64,000 bases of DNA from Dongiaceae bacterium (GCA_050182275.1 JBFXCK010000006.1:23759-87758); one strand, 5' to 3'. Shown: positions 50,839 through 60,721, numbered from the stretch's first letter. Notes: a model not told the origin generated them from the sequence alone. Made by a program: numbers and translations.

Positions 50839-51237
50839 ATGAATGATGATCGTGAAGAAAATAAAAACTTAAGCGAGGGCGAATCTTACGTCGAAGATCG
50901 CATTCAATCTGCTGCGCGCACACTGCGCCGGATGCCTGATGTGAAGGTGCAAGGTTATTTCAGCACCTGGCCAACGATTATTCGGGAGCCACTGGAAATT
51001 CTGCAAATGGAGCCTGAGCCGATGCGCATCTATCCATCGCAGAAGAGCATTACGGACATGGAGGAAGTTTTGTTCGAATGGCTCAAATGGCTGGAACCGG
51101 ATGAACGCCGTTTGGTGTGGCTACGCGCCGAGCGTGTGCGCTGGAAACTGATCTGTGCGCGGTTCGGCGTCGGTCGCACGAAAGCGTGGGAAATGTACCG
51201 CCGCGCATTGGCGCGAATTGCCGCGAAAATACGCTGA
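50839..51237 (+). CDS. DUF6362-like HTH protein (candidate late regulator)
   Basis: AA.TLRR.P, W..WL, LVW.RA....WK.IC..FG..RT.AW. Confidence 0.75.
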   Translation: MNDDREENKNLSEGESYVEDRIQSAARTLRRMPDVKVQGYFSTWPTIIREPLEILQMEPEPMRIYPSQKSITDMEEVLFEWLKWLEPDERRLVWLRAERVRWKLICARFGVGRTKAWEMYRRALARIAAKIR

Positions 51238-51296
51238 ATGCTGGATAATCAAATGATCGTCTTTCGGCAAACTTTGCAATCATTTCACAGCCGTAT

Positions 51297-51330
51297 TCAC
51301 TTGATAAGTGCCGCGAATGAAGCGTTCATG
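51297..51330 (+). promoter_or_regulatory. Motif B, copy 2
   Basis: TCACTTGA-N10-GAATGAAGCGTTCATG. Confidence 0.75.
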
Positions 51331-51354
51331 GATGTATAAGCAAAGGAGAAAACC

Positions 51355-51873
51355 ATGAAAAACACAGCGATTTTACCGACCGAAAACAAAGAATGGGGAT
51401 TTTGGGGAACCAGCGTCAACAACGGCTACGATGCCGAATTGACATGGGATGCCGCCAGCCAATTTTTCGCAAAAGAATTTGATCTGACCGCCGAGCAAAC
51501 CCGCGATGTGCTGGATGCGCGCTTCGGTCGCCACCTTGCCGATGACCTGAGCTTCATCGAAAACGGCAAAGATAATGCCAAAGGCCCCATCAATACCGCC
51601 GCCATCACCAAGCACTTGACGATGCGGGTGGCTGACCGTGGCTGGCGCGATTGCTTTGAGAACGCCATACGCGAAGCCACAGGAAAAACATTCCCGCGCG
51701 AAGCGCCGATGACCAAGGATGCGCTTTTTACGCTGATCGCCCAGCAACACCTTAGCATCGAAACGCTGGTGACGCGCAAAGGTGACAGCCTTGATTTTCA
51801 CGATGTCGCGGTCTGGAACGTCAAGGATGCGCTGGAAGCTGCCTACGAAGCTGGCCGCAAGGCTCGGAGGTAA
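51355..51873 (+). CDS. Phage protein with C-terminal DUF6900-like domain
   Basis: WGFWGT, FGRHLAD; IETL..R..DSLDFHDVAVW..K.AL.AAY.AG. Confidence 0.7.
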   Translation: MKNTAILPTENKEWGFWGTSVNNGYDAELTWDAASQFFAKEFDLTAEQTRDVLDARFGRHLADDLSFIENGKDNAKGPINTAAITKHLTMRVADRGWRDCFENAIREATGKTFPREAPMTKDALFTLIAQQHLSIETLVTRKGDSLDFHDVAVWNVKDALEAAYEAGRKARR

Positions 51874-51875
51874 GA

Positions 51876-52298
51876 ATGAAACTGCATTTTCCTTGGGACG
51901 AAATCGAAAAACTGATTGAGGAGGTCGACACCGCCAAAGCCGCTCAGCCTCTTTATGGTGAGGACACTGGCAAAGGCTTATGGTTGGTCGGTGATCACGG
52001 CGTGTATCTAATGCCCAACACGGCTGACGGAGTTCACCACAGCAAGCTCGGCAAGGACGACCGCCGACTTGTCGCCTATGCCAGAGAATGCAATCCCGAT
52101 ACGATGGAGTTTGACGACTGGTGGGAAAATAAACGCCGTTCCTTCGGCGGTGACGACGGGGTGGAGTTTCTGGATTTAAAAGAAATTCAGGCGCTGGCGG
52201 CGCACGGATCCGTGGATGGCCACAGGCCAGATAGTCTTGCCATTCTCTTTTCTCTGAATCAATTTGAATTAAGTGTTGTGTTTCATCTGGAGGATTAA
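51876..52298 (+). CDS. DUF3085-like protein
   Basis: LVGDHGVYLM, YA..CNP, FGGDDGVE. Confidence 0.75.
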   Translation: MKLHFPWDEIEKLIEEVDTAKAAQPLYGEDTGKGLWLVGDHGVYLMPNTADGVHHSKLGKDDRRLVAYARECNPDTMEFDDWWENKRRSFGGDDGVEFLDLKEIQALAAHGSVDGHRPDSLAILFSLNQFELSVVFHLED

Positions 52299-52487
52299 GA
52301 GTCCCGTTATTGGGTAGAGTTATCCACTTCTGACTCTTGCCCTGGCATTATTTGCCCTCCCTGCTATTCGCGCAGAGTGGTGGAGATGCTCGAGCTTTTG
52401 ACCAGAGAACCCTGAATTCTCAACGATATAAGGGGGTTATCGCAAAAGTAGGTGGAATATTAACGAAAGTTTGCTATAATGGTCATC

Positions 52488-52910
52488 ATGATGTTGAAGC
52501 GTCTCATATGCGCCCTTGTCGCGCTAAGTTTTGTCTTCGCTGGAACACCCGTTCTGGCGGCGGTAAAAGAGATGCCATGTCCGATGGAAAAAATACATTC
52601 CGAGATGCAGAAATCCTCGGCTCAGCCTGATATGTCCGACATGAAGATGGGCATGAAAGATTGTGACAAATGCCCAAAATCAGCTGAGAAGAAGCAAGCC
52701 GAGAAAACCAAAAAAGGCGGCTGTTGCGACGATCAGGTATGTAGCGCCAAATGTGCGGCCCTAAGCAGCGCTGGTGGGCAATTGTTTTTGTCGAATGATA
52801 TTCAATGGAGTGGGCCAGCCGCAAAGGAAAAAGTGACGTTTTTGCCATACCTTTTGCCTCCGTCTCATCTCCTGAAAACACCCGAAAAACCACCCAAACA
52901 TCTCTCGTAA
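52488..52910 (+). CDS. Cys/Met-rich leader protein (CopL/CutF-like)
   Basis: Signal peptide, MPCPM, CDKC, CCDDQVCSAKC, C-terminal EKPPK. Confidence 0.8.
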   Translation: MMLKRLICALVALSFVFAGTPVLAAVKEMPCPMEKIHSEMQKSSAQPDMSDMKMGMKDCDKCPKSAEKKQAEKTKKGGCCDDQVCSAKCAALSSAGGQLFLSNDIQWSGPAAKEKVTFLPYLLPPSHLLKTPEKPPKHLS

Positions 52911-53040
52911 AGGGCGAAGTGTGTCCGGATTTTGCGTTGACATAAACGTCGTGCGCTAAAAATCCTGACATCTAGCCCTCATTGCACTGCGGCTTTACGA
53001 TCTTTCGTAGGGCCGACCGAACGCATACGAGAGGTTTATC

Positions 53041-54282
53041 ATGGTTAGAATTTTAATACTTATTGCGCTGATCGTTTTCAGCATCGCGGCTCCTGCCCAG
53101 GCAGCGGAAAAAGCCAAGCCCACTACGTCTGAGACGCATGAACAAAACGAAGCCCGTTTTGGGTTGCTGCTGGAAAAACTGAAACAGCATCCGGAAATCC
53201 AGGCCTATGTCAGCCGCGCGGAATCTTCCCGCTACAATGCAACGGGTGAGTTGGGCTTGCCTGATCCGATGCTCTTTATTCAGGAAGAGGATTATCCCAT
53301 CGGCACCACCATGTCGCGCGATCAGGAGCAGAAGATGATCGGCTTCAAGCAGGTCATTCCAGCTTTCGGAACGCGCGGCGCAAAATCCGAACGTCTGGGC
53401 ATTGAATCCGGTAAAAACAAGTTGCTGGGCGATTACGCCTATGCAGTCATGAAATCCCAACTCATCACCGCGCTTGCCAATTTGGCGCGCATTGAGGAGC
53501 AGGAAAAATTACTGACGCAGCAGACTTCTTTATTTGGTTCTGAGCGCACGAGCCTGAAGGGGCGGATTGCTGCCAATCAGGCGTCGCAAAGCCAGCTTGT
53601 CCTGAGTGAGGCCGATAGCACGGATGTTGGCTTGATGCGTGCCGATCTTGATGAGGAAAAGCATGAGATCATGGCGATGCTTGCCAATATGGTCGGCGAG
53701 ACGCCGGATGTGCCGTTGCCTGCAATCAACAAAGTCGCCTGGGATCAGGATGTCGAGAAAACCTACCCCGTTCAGGTCGCCACGCAGGATGTCGAGATAG
53801 CACGCAAAGACGTTGACCTGCGCGAATCCGAGTTCAATCCCAATTTCGAGGTGCAGGCAAGCTATGGCCGCATGAATGGGGGCGATAATGCCGGAACGAT
53901 CATGGTGGGCATGAGCATCCCGCTCTGGGCCGCGCAGAACCAGCAACCCAAATTATCGGGCGCGAAATCGGGCGTGCGCGCGGCGGAATCCGATCAGGAA
54001 AATATCAAGCGCCAGACGCTGCAGAAACTAACCCATCTTGAGGCCCAGATCGATGCCAGCGATCGCAGGATCGAGTTGCTCAAGCATAAAGAATCCCTCC
54101 TGAACGCATCACGCGGTGCGCAAACCAGGGAATATGAGGCAGGAAAAAGCGATTTTTCCATGCCTCTGAAAACACGGCGCGACATGGTGTCCGTCCGTTA
54201 CCAGCTGGCGGCGGAACGGGCGAAACACACCGCGCTGATCGCTGATTTCAACCACTATTTCATCGAAGGAGAAGAAAGATGA
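53041..54282 (+). CDS. TolC-family outer membrane factor (CusC-like)
   Basis: LPDPM, Q.IP..G, MSIPLW; operon context. Confidence 0.85.
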   Translation: MVRILILIALIVFSIAAPAQAAEKAKPTTSETHEQNEARFGLLLEKLKQHPEIQAYVSRAESSRYNATGELGLPDPMLFIQEEDYPIGTTMSRDQEQKMIGFKQVIPAFGTRGAKSERLGIESGKNKLLGDYAYAVMKSQLITALANLARIEEQEKLLTQQTSLFGSERTSLKGRIAANQASQSQLVLSEADSTDVGLMRADLDEEKHEIMAMLANMVGETPDVPLPAINKVAWDQDVEKTYPVQVATQDVEIARKDVDLRESEFNPNFEVQASYGRMNGGDNAGTIMVGMSIPLWAAQNQQPKLSGAKSGVRAAESDQENIKRQTLQKLTHLEAQIDASDRRIELLKHKESLLNASRGAQTREYEAGKSDFSMPLKTRRDMVSVRYQLAAERAKHTALIADFNHYFIEGEER

Positions 54283-54599
54283 AAAAACTACTGAGCATCC
54301 TTGCCGTTTCAATGCTGCTGATGACAGGCGCGGCTTATGCCGCTGACCAATCCGATCCCGCGAACGCACCGTCTCCCCTGACCATCGAACAGGCCACGCA
54401 GATGATGCATGAGGGAAAACCAGTTTATTCCTGCTCCATGAAAACGACCTGGTTTTCCGATAAGCCTGGGCAATGTCCGTGCTGCACGATGGCCTTGGAA
54501 AAGGTGAAAGACATCAAAGACGGCCAGGCGGTGTTGGAGGAAAGTGGATCCAGCATGCAGATGGATATGAAAGACATGAAAATGATGGAGAGTAAATAA
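54279..54599 (+). CDS. Periplasmic heavy-metal-binding domain protein
   Basis: YSCSM....SDKPGQCPCC.M.L, Met-rich tail. Confidence 0.8.
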   Translation: MKKLLSILAVSMLLMTGAAYAADQSDPANAPSPLTIEQATQMMHEGKPVYSCSMKTTWFSDKPGQCPCCTMALEKVKDIKDGQAVLEESGSSMQMDMKDMKMMESK

Positions 54600-56005
54600 T
54601 GAAAAAATCGTTGCCGCTTCTGATCGGATCAATCCTCTGTGCCAACGCCGTGTTGAACGGCCTTGGTGCGGTCACGACATTTAGTCCTCATGCCAGCAGT
54701 TTCCAAAAGATATTTGGAATAAGCGTTGCGCATGCCGAAGAAGCGGCAGCGGTTAAATACACCTGTCCCATGCACCCGCAGATCATATCCGATACACCAG
54801 GAAAGTGTCCGATCTGCGGCATGGATCTGGTGCAAATTTCCGCTTCGGGTGGATCCCATGCGCACGAGGAAAAAATAGATGAGAGCGCCATGGTCACCGA
54901 TCAAAAAGACCGTAAAATTCTTTACTGGTACGATCCGATGGTGCCGGAAAAGCGATTTGATAAACCAGGCAAGTCGCCCTTCATGGATATGGAGCTGGTG
55001 CCCAAATACGCCGATGAGGTGCAAAGTGATGCCTCCGGCAAGCCTGTCATCTCGATCAACGCCGATACGGTGCAAAAAATGGGCGTCCGCATGGAAAAAG
55101 TGACCAAAGGCAGCTTCGCCCAGACGATCCGCGCCACCGCCATTGTCACGGAAAACGAACGCAGCCGCTGGGATCTGTTCAGCCAGGTTGAAGGACGTGT
55201 AGAAGATCTGCGCTATAGCGCGGCTGGTGACCGCGTCAAAAAAGGCGATCTGTTTTATACGCTTTATAGTCCGGAGCTTTTATCTTTGCAAAACGACTTT
55301 ATTGCCGCACGCAAGGCAGGACTTCAGGATCTGGCGCAAGCTGCCAAGAAAAGAATGAAGCTGTTGGGGGTTGATGAGAAGGTCATCGCTGATCTTTCAA
55401 AAACCGGCAAGGCTTTTGAGAAAGTGCCGTTCTATATTCCGGCTGATGGAATTCTTGCCCGCCTTGAAATTCGCAATGGCCATTATCTAAAAATGAATGA
55501 CGAGATCGGCCATATTCAAGACCTCTCCACCGTATGGCTGGAAGCGGCGGTACCGGAAAAGGATCTCTCGTCGATTAAGGAAGGCGATATTGCCGAGATC
55601 GCGATAGGCCCGCAAAAATACGAGGGGAAAGTCGATTACATCTATCCCACCATCGATAGTGAGGCGCGGATTGGCAAAGTGCGGGTCGTCGTTGAGAATA
55701 AGGACGGCCTGTTGCGGCCTGCATCCTATGCCAGCATAAACTTTTCTTCCGGTCAGGCGGCGGAACAGGTCACGGTTCCGAGCGAGGCGGTTTTGCGGAA
55801 TAGCGAAGGCGAGCATGTCATCGTCGCTTTGGGGAGCGGTAAATTCCAGGCGCGCAGCATTAAAACAGGCGGCACGAGCGCTGGCCGCACGGAAATCGTC
55901 TCCGGCCTACAGGAAGGCGACGATGTCGTGGTCAGCGCGCAGTTCCTGATCGACTCAGAATCATCGCTTCAAGAGTCGCTTGGTAAATTGTCGGGAGGTC
56001 AATAA
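54599..56005 (+). CDS. cusB: Membrane fusion protein CusB
   Basis: YTCPMHP..CPICGMDL, YWYDPM..FDKPGKSPFMDMEL, QFLIDSES. Confidence 0.92.
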   Translation: MKKSLPLLIGSILCANAVLNGLGAVTTFSPHASSFQKIFGISVAHAEEAAAVKYTCPMHPQIISDTPGKCPICGMDLVQISASGGSHAHEEKIDESAMVTDQKDRKILYWYDPMVPEKRFDKPGKSPFMDMELVPKYADEVQSDASGKPVISINADTVQKMGVRMEKVTKGSFAQTIRATAIVTENERSRWDLFSQVEGRVEDLRYSAAGDRVKKGDLFYTLYSPELLSLQNDFIAARKAGLQDLAQAAKKRMKLLGVDEKVIADLSKTGKAFEKVPFYIPADGILARLEIRNGHYLKMNDEIGHIQDLSTVWLEAAVPEKDLSSIKEGDIAEIAIGPQKYEGKVDYIYPTIDSEARIGKVRVVVENKDGLLRPASYASINFSSGQAAEQVTVPSEAVLRNSEGEHVIVALGSGKFQARSIKTGGTSAGRTEIVSGLQEGDDVVVSAQFLIDSESSLQESLGKLSGGQ

Positions 56006-59000
56006 TGGCTGATATTTCACACGATCCGACAAAGTCCTTCGTCGCGCGCGTGATCGACTGGTCGGTCAACAACCCGCTGATGATCTCCATTTTGGCGTGC
56101 CTCATCCTTGTCGGTGGCATCTTCGCCGTGCAGCGCATGCCGCTCGATGCCATTCCCGATCTTTCCGATACGCAAGTGATTGTGCGGACGGATTTTGAAG
56201 GACAAGCGCCGCAGATCATCGAAAATCTGGTCACTTATCCGCTTTCAAGCGCCATGCTGGGGCTGCCGCAAACCAAAATCGTGCGCGGATTTTCGATGTT
56301 CGGTGCGTCTTTTGTCTATGTGATTTTCAAGGACGGCACGGATCAGTATTGGGCGCGTTCCCGCGTCTTGGAGGCGCTTTCCAAGGTTCAATCCACCTTG
56401 CCGTCTGCCGCCAAGGTGCAGATTGGCCCCGACGCCACGGGCGTGGGCTGGGTCTATCAATACGCGCTCGTCGATAAAAGCGGCAAGCATGATTTGTCAC
56501 AGTTGCGTAGCTTACAGGACTGGTTCCTGAAATTCGAACTGGCGACTGTTCCTGGCGTTTCCGAAGTCGCTAGTGTCGGCGGGTTCGTGAAGGAATATCA
56601 GGTATTGGTCGATCCAGTGAAGTTACGCGCCTTTGGTATTTCGCTGATGCGTATCCAAGAGGCACTTAAGGCATCCAGTCAAGAAGCGGGCGGACGTGTC
56701 ATCGAGCAAGCCGAAACCGAATTTGTGATCCGCTCCAAGGGCTATGTTACAGGGATTGCCGACCTTGAAAAACTGGCGCTGAAGGCAAAAGACGGTACGC
56801 CCGTACGTCTTGTAGACGTAGCGCGCATTGTCGAGGGGCCGGAATTACGACGCGGCGTTACGGAGCTGAATGGCGAAGGCGAAGTTGTCTCCGGCATTAT
56901 CATCATGCGCCCAGGCGGTAATGCCTTGGATGTGATCAAAGCCATCAAACAAAAGATGGAAATGCTGAAACCAGGATTACCGGAAGGCGTCGAGATTGTA
57001 TCTGTTTATGACCGCGCGCCATTGATTGAAGGATCGGTTGAATATCTAAGCCACAAGCTGATCGAGGAAGCGATTGTCGTATCTCTCGTCTGTTTAATTT
57101 TTTTACTGCATGTTCGTTCGTCCTTTGTGGCGATCATCACCTTGCCGCTGGGTGTATTGGCGGCATTCATCGTGATGTCGGCGCAAGGGATCACCGCCAA
57201 TATCATGTCGCTGGGCGGGATCGCCATTGCCATCGGCGCTATGGTCGATGCCTCCATCGTCATGGTCGAAAACGCGCACCGCAAGCTCTCGGAACTCCCG
57301 AAGGACGTAAGCGCTGAAGACAAACGTGCGGCCTTGTTGCTGGCGGCAAAAGAAGTCGGCCCAGGACTGTTCTTTTCACTGCTCATTATCACTGTATCGT
57401 TCCTACCCGTCTTTGCGTTGACGGGACAATCCGAACGGCTATTCAGCCCTCTGGCCTTCACCAAGACCTATTCGATGGCAGCGGCAGCGATTCTCTCGGT
57501 GACGGTGGTGCCGCTTTTAATGCTCTGGCTCATTCGCGGGAAAATCCTGCCTGAAGAGCGTAACCCCATCAACCGTTTCTTCATTGCGATCTATAAGCCA
57601 GTTCTGGCTTTGGCTTTGCGGGCCAAATGGCTGACACTCGCGCTGGCAGGGTTAGTGCTGCTCAGTATGGCCTGGCCGATTATGCGCACGGGCAACGAGT
57701 TCATGCCCGCGCTCTATGAAGGGGATTTGCTTTATATGCCGACGACACTGCCTGGCGTGTCTGTGACCAAGGCCAAGGAGCTGGTGGCCACGACCAACCG
57801 CCTGATCAAGACCGTGCCGGAGGTGGAAACCGTCTTCGGTAAGGCGGGGCAAGCTGAAACAGCGACCGATCCGGCTCCGATTTCCATGATCGAAACCTGG
57901 GTGCATTTAAAGCCGCGTGAACAATGGCGCAAAGGCTTGACCACCGAAACGCTGATCAAAGAGATGGATGCTCTCACGAAAATGCCAGGCTTGGTGAATA
58001 GCTGGGGCTACCCGATCAAAATCCGCATGGACATGGTGACGACGGGTATTCGCACGCCCGTGGGCATTAAAGTCTCCGGCGCGGATTTGAACACCATCGG
58101 GCAGATCGCGGTGGACGTCGAGCAAGCGGTCAAAACCGTGCCAGGTACACGTTCGGCTTTCGCCGACCGTGTTGTCGGGGCCAAATATCTTGAAATTGAA
58201 CCGGATCGTGACGCTTTGGCGCGCTACAACATCGATCTGGGGACGGTGCAGGATGTGATTGCCACGGCTCTGGGCGGCATGAAGCTCTCTGAATCCGTAC
58301 AAGGACGAGAACGCTACGGTATCATGCTGCGCTATGATCGGCCTTTCCGCGAAAACGCGGAAGATCTTCAAAATATCCTTGTCGATACACCGGATGGTGC
58401 GCAAGTGCCATTGGGAACGCTGGCGACGATTAAATTCGCGCCAGGGCCACAAATGATCGTCTCGGAAAACGCGCGTCTGAATGGTTGGGTGTTTGTCGAT
58501 ATCGTTGGACGAGATATCGGCGGCTATGTTCGGGACGCGCAGCGCGTTGTCGCCGAAAAGGTCAAGTTGCCCGCCGGATATTCTATCGGCTGGTCGGGAC
58601 AATTCGAGCAGATGCTGGAAGCGCAGGCCCGTCTTGATATCGCCATTCCAGCGACGGTTGGTATCATATTCCTGCTGCTGATCATGCATTTTGGCAGGCT
58701 GGATCGTACCCTGATGGTGATGCTGTCCTTGCCGTTCGGGCTGGTGGGTGGTGTCTGGGTGCTTTATTTTGCGGGCTACAACTTCTCAGTCGCCGTTGCG
58801 GTCGGCTTTATCGCACTCGCGGGCATTGCCGTAGAGACGGCGGTTGTTATGCTGATCTATATCGACCAGCAGGTGCGCCACCATCCGCCGCAAAATCGAG
58901 CGGATCTGTTCGAGGCTGTCATGCATGGTGCGGCCTTGCGTGTACGCCCCAAGCTGATGACCGTCTCGGTGATCATCGCTGGGTTGCTGCCGATCTTCTT

Positions 59001-59151
59001 TACGGAAGGGTTGGGATCGGACGTGATGCGCCGGATCGCCTTGCCAATGGTTGGAGGCATGGTGACGACCACGCTGTTGACGCTGATCGTTATTCCGGTG
59101 ATTTACTTTATTTACCAGTCAAGATGGCTCAAAGAGGAGAACTACGAATAA
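56005..59151 (+). CDS. cusA: Cu/Ag RND pump CusA
   Basis: LDAIPDLSDTQV, GPDATGVGW, Met triad contexts LYMP / SMIET / DMV. Confidence 0.96.
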   Translation: MADISHDPTKSFVARVIDWSVNNPLMISILACLILVGGIFAVQRMPLDAIPDLSDTQVIVRTDFEGQAPQIIENLVTYPLSSAMLGLPQTKIVRGFSMFGASFVYVIFKDGTDQYWARSRVLEALSKVQSTLPSAAKVQIGPDATGVGWVYQYALVDKSGKHDLSQLRSLQDWFLKFELATVPGVSEVASVGGFVKEYQVLVDPVKLRAFGISLMRIQEALKASSQEAGGRVIEQAETEFVIRSKGYVTGIADLEKLALKAKDGTPVRLVDVARIVEGPELRRGVTELNGEGEVVSGIIIMRPGGNALDVIKAIKQKMEMLKPGLPEGVEIVSVYDRAPLIEGSVEYLSHKLIEEAIVVSLVCLIFLLHVRSSFVAIITLPLGVLAAFIVMSAQGITANIMSLGGIAIAIGAMVDASIVMVENAHRKLSELPKDVSAEDKRAALLLAAKEVGPGLFFSLLIITVSFLPVFALTGQSERLFSPLAFTKTYSMAAAAILSVTVVPLLMLWLIRGKILPEERNPINRFFIAIYKPVLALALRAKWLTLALAGLVLLSMAWPIMRTGNEFMPALYEGDLLYMPTTLPGVSVTKAKELVATTNRLIKTVPEVETVFGKAGQAETATDPAPISMIETWVHLKPREQWRKGLTTETLIKEMDALTKMPGLVNSWGYPIKIRMDMVTTGIRTPVGIKVSGADLNTIGQIAVDVEQAVKTVPGTRSAFADRVVGAKYLEIEPDRDALARYNIDLGTVQDVIATALGGMKLSESVQGRERYGIMLRYDRPFRENAEDLQNILVDTPDGAQVPLGTLATIKFAPGPQMIVSENARLNGWVFVDIVGRDIGGYVRDAQRVVAEKVKLPAGYSIGWSGQFEQMLEAQARLDIAIPATVGIIFLLLIMHFGRLDRTLMVMLSLPFGLVGGVWVLYFAGYNFSVAVAVGFIALAGIAVETAVVMLIYIDQQVRHHPPQNRADLFEAVMHGAALRVRPKLMTVSVIIAGLLPIFFTEGLGSDVMRRIALPMVGGMVTTTLLTLIVIPVIYFIYQSRWLKEENYE

Positions 59152-59276
59152 AAATGTCCGAACATAATTTTTACGGACAGCGCGAACAATTCCTGGCATC
59201 TTAATACCTATCCTGGCGCGACGTGCGGTTACAATCGTCGCGCCTTTTTATTCCCTCCCTAACCCTTTGAAATCTT

Positions 59277-59386
59277 GGGTCCCTCCTGCGCGAAAACCAA
59301 TGCGGGGGGGCAAGGCCCGGCAGTTTTCTAGCGTCAGGCCCGCAAAACGGGTTACAGCGCGGTTACAGGTTACAGGGCGAGTTACA
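59277..59386 (+). other. Lambda-like cos packaging site (cosQ/cosN/cosB-like)
   Basis: GGGTCCC, 22 nt, GGGGGCAAGGCC, CGGCAGTTTTC, then GGTTACA repeats. Confidence 0.6.
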
Positions 59387-59404
59387 ACAAAGCGGAGTTT
59401 TAGT

Positions 59405-60721
59405 TTGGATGGTTTGGCTTTTCCTGCCGCCGGATGCGATCGAGCATGCGCGGAAGGCGGAGCCATGTTCGGAATTTCCCTCTGCGCCGGAGCTGGCGGC
59501 CTCGATCTCGGACTCCACATCGCCGTCCCAGAATATCGAACTGTGGCTTACGTCGAACGGGAATCCTACGCAGCGGCCACTCTCGTGGCGCGGATGGAAG
59601 ATGCGGCCTTGGATCGCGCTCCTGTCTGGGACGATGTTGCCACTTTCGATGGCAGACCGTGGCGCGGCCTGGTGGATATCATTCACGGCGGCTACCCGTG
59701 CCAACCATTTTCCGTCGCCGGACGCCAGCTCGGCAACAAAGACCCGCGCCATCTCTGGCCGCACATCGCCCGCATCGTTTCAGAAATCCAGCCTCCCCTG
59801 TGTTTCTTCGAAAACGTCAGCGGACATTTACGATTGGGCTTCGAGCAAGTCCACGATGACCTTCGACAAATGGGTTATTGCGTTAAGGCGGGGCTGTTTA
59901 CTGCGGAGGAAATCGGCGCGCCCCACCGGCGCGAACGGCTCTTCATCCTGGCTTACACCGAGAGCGCAGGAAACCAGCGAAAAGCAGGAGACTTTTGTCC
60001 GACGCAACGGCGACCGGACGGATCAGTGCTTCGGCTCCCTGACGGCGCAGACGGCGTTATGGCCGACTGTGACGGCCACGGACGGAACCAAGGGCGGCCC
60101 CAACAGCCGCCACGGCAGCGGCAGCCTTCACCTCCCGGCAGCGGCGGTGCAGCAGCAATGGTACACGCCGAACGTGCCGAACGGCGGCAGGAGCAATCCG
60201 AAGGAGATGTCGGCAACAGGCGCGTTGCCGAACGGCAAGAAACGTCAGGTCGGGCTGGAGAACCAGGCCGTTCAAATATGGCCGACGCCGATGGCCAATC
60301 CGAATTCCAATCGCCAAACCAAGCCAACGCCTTCGCAGTTGAAGGGCGAACACGGCCTGAATCTGGCGATGGTGGCGGTGACGCACACATGGCCGACACC
60401 GCGCGCCTGTTCGGGCAAACGCTCCAGCGGGGCGAACCGGACGGAGCTGGTGCGCTCGTGGGCAACGCCGACGACGCGGGACTGGAAGGATGGAACGGCG
60501 ACGGCGGATGTGAAAACGAATTGCCTGCTTGGCCGCCAAGCCCCGCGGAGCATGAGCGATGGGATGGAATCCCGGCTGACCTTAAACCCGCTATTCGTCG
60601 AATGGTTGATGGGTTGGCCTATCGGGTGGACAGATTGCGGCTCTGCGGCAACGGGGTTGTTCCGCTGGTTGCAGCTTATGCGTTCCGAACTCTCGCGGCT
60701 GCTGCAAACCTCAACCGATGA
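59405..60721 (+). CDS. DNA cytosine-C5 methyltransferase, alpha frame (start TTG 59405 or ATG 59465)
   Basis: SLCAGAGG (I), GYPCQPFS (IV), ENV (VI), HRRERLF (VIII), GNGVVP (X). Confidence 0.9.
   Translation: MDGLAFPAAGCDRACAEGGAMFGISLCAGAGGLDLGLHIAVPEYRTVAYVERESYAAATLVARMEDAALDRAPVWDDVATFDGRPWRGLVDIIHGGYPCQPFSVAGRQLGNKDPRHLWPHIARIVSEIQPPLCFFENVSGHLRLGFEQVHDDLRQMGYCVKAGLFTAEEIGAPHRRERLFILAYTESAGNQRKAGDFCPTQRRPDGSVLRLPDGADGVMADCDGHGRNQGRPQQPPRQRQPSPPGSGGAAAMVHAERAERRQEQSEGDVGNRRVAERQETSGRAGEPGRSNMADADGQSEFQSPNQANAFAVEGRTRPESGDGGGDAHMADTARLFGQTLQRGEPDGAGALVGNADDAGLEGWNGDGGCENELPAWPPSPAEHERWDGIPADLKPAIRRMVDGLAYRVDRLRLCGNGVVPLVAAYAFRTLAAAANLNR

Noticed and set aside
50558-50842. 94-aa ORF over the iteron cluster
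   Set aside because: Its sequence is dictated by the DNA repeats; overlaps with both neighbours are noted, but there is no protein evidence
59267-59404. N-terminal extension of the C5 MTase given in the ORF track
   Set aside because: Runs through the cos-like site and GGTTACA repeats; better starts exist at 59405 and 59465
59940-60480. Spaced ATGGCCGAC-like repeats as a possible CRISPR array or DGR
   Set aside because: Repeats are short, degenerate and irregularly spaced, and are explained by the coding WxT modules; no cas or reverse transcriptase in the window
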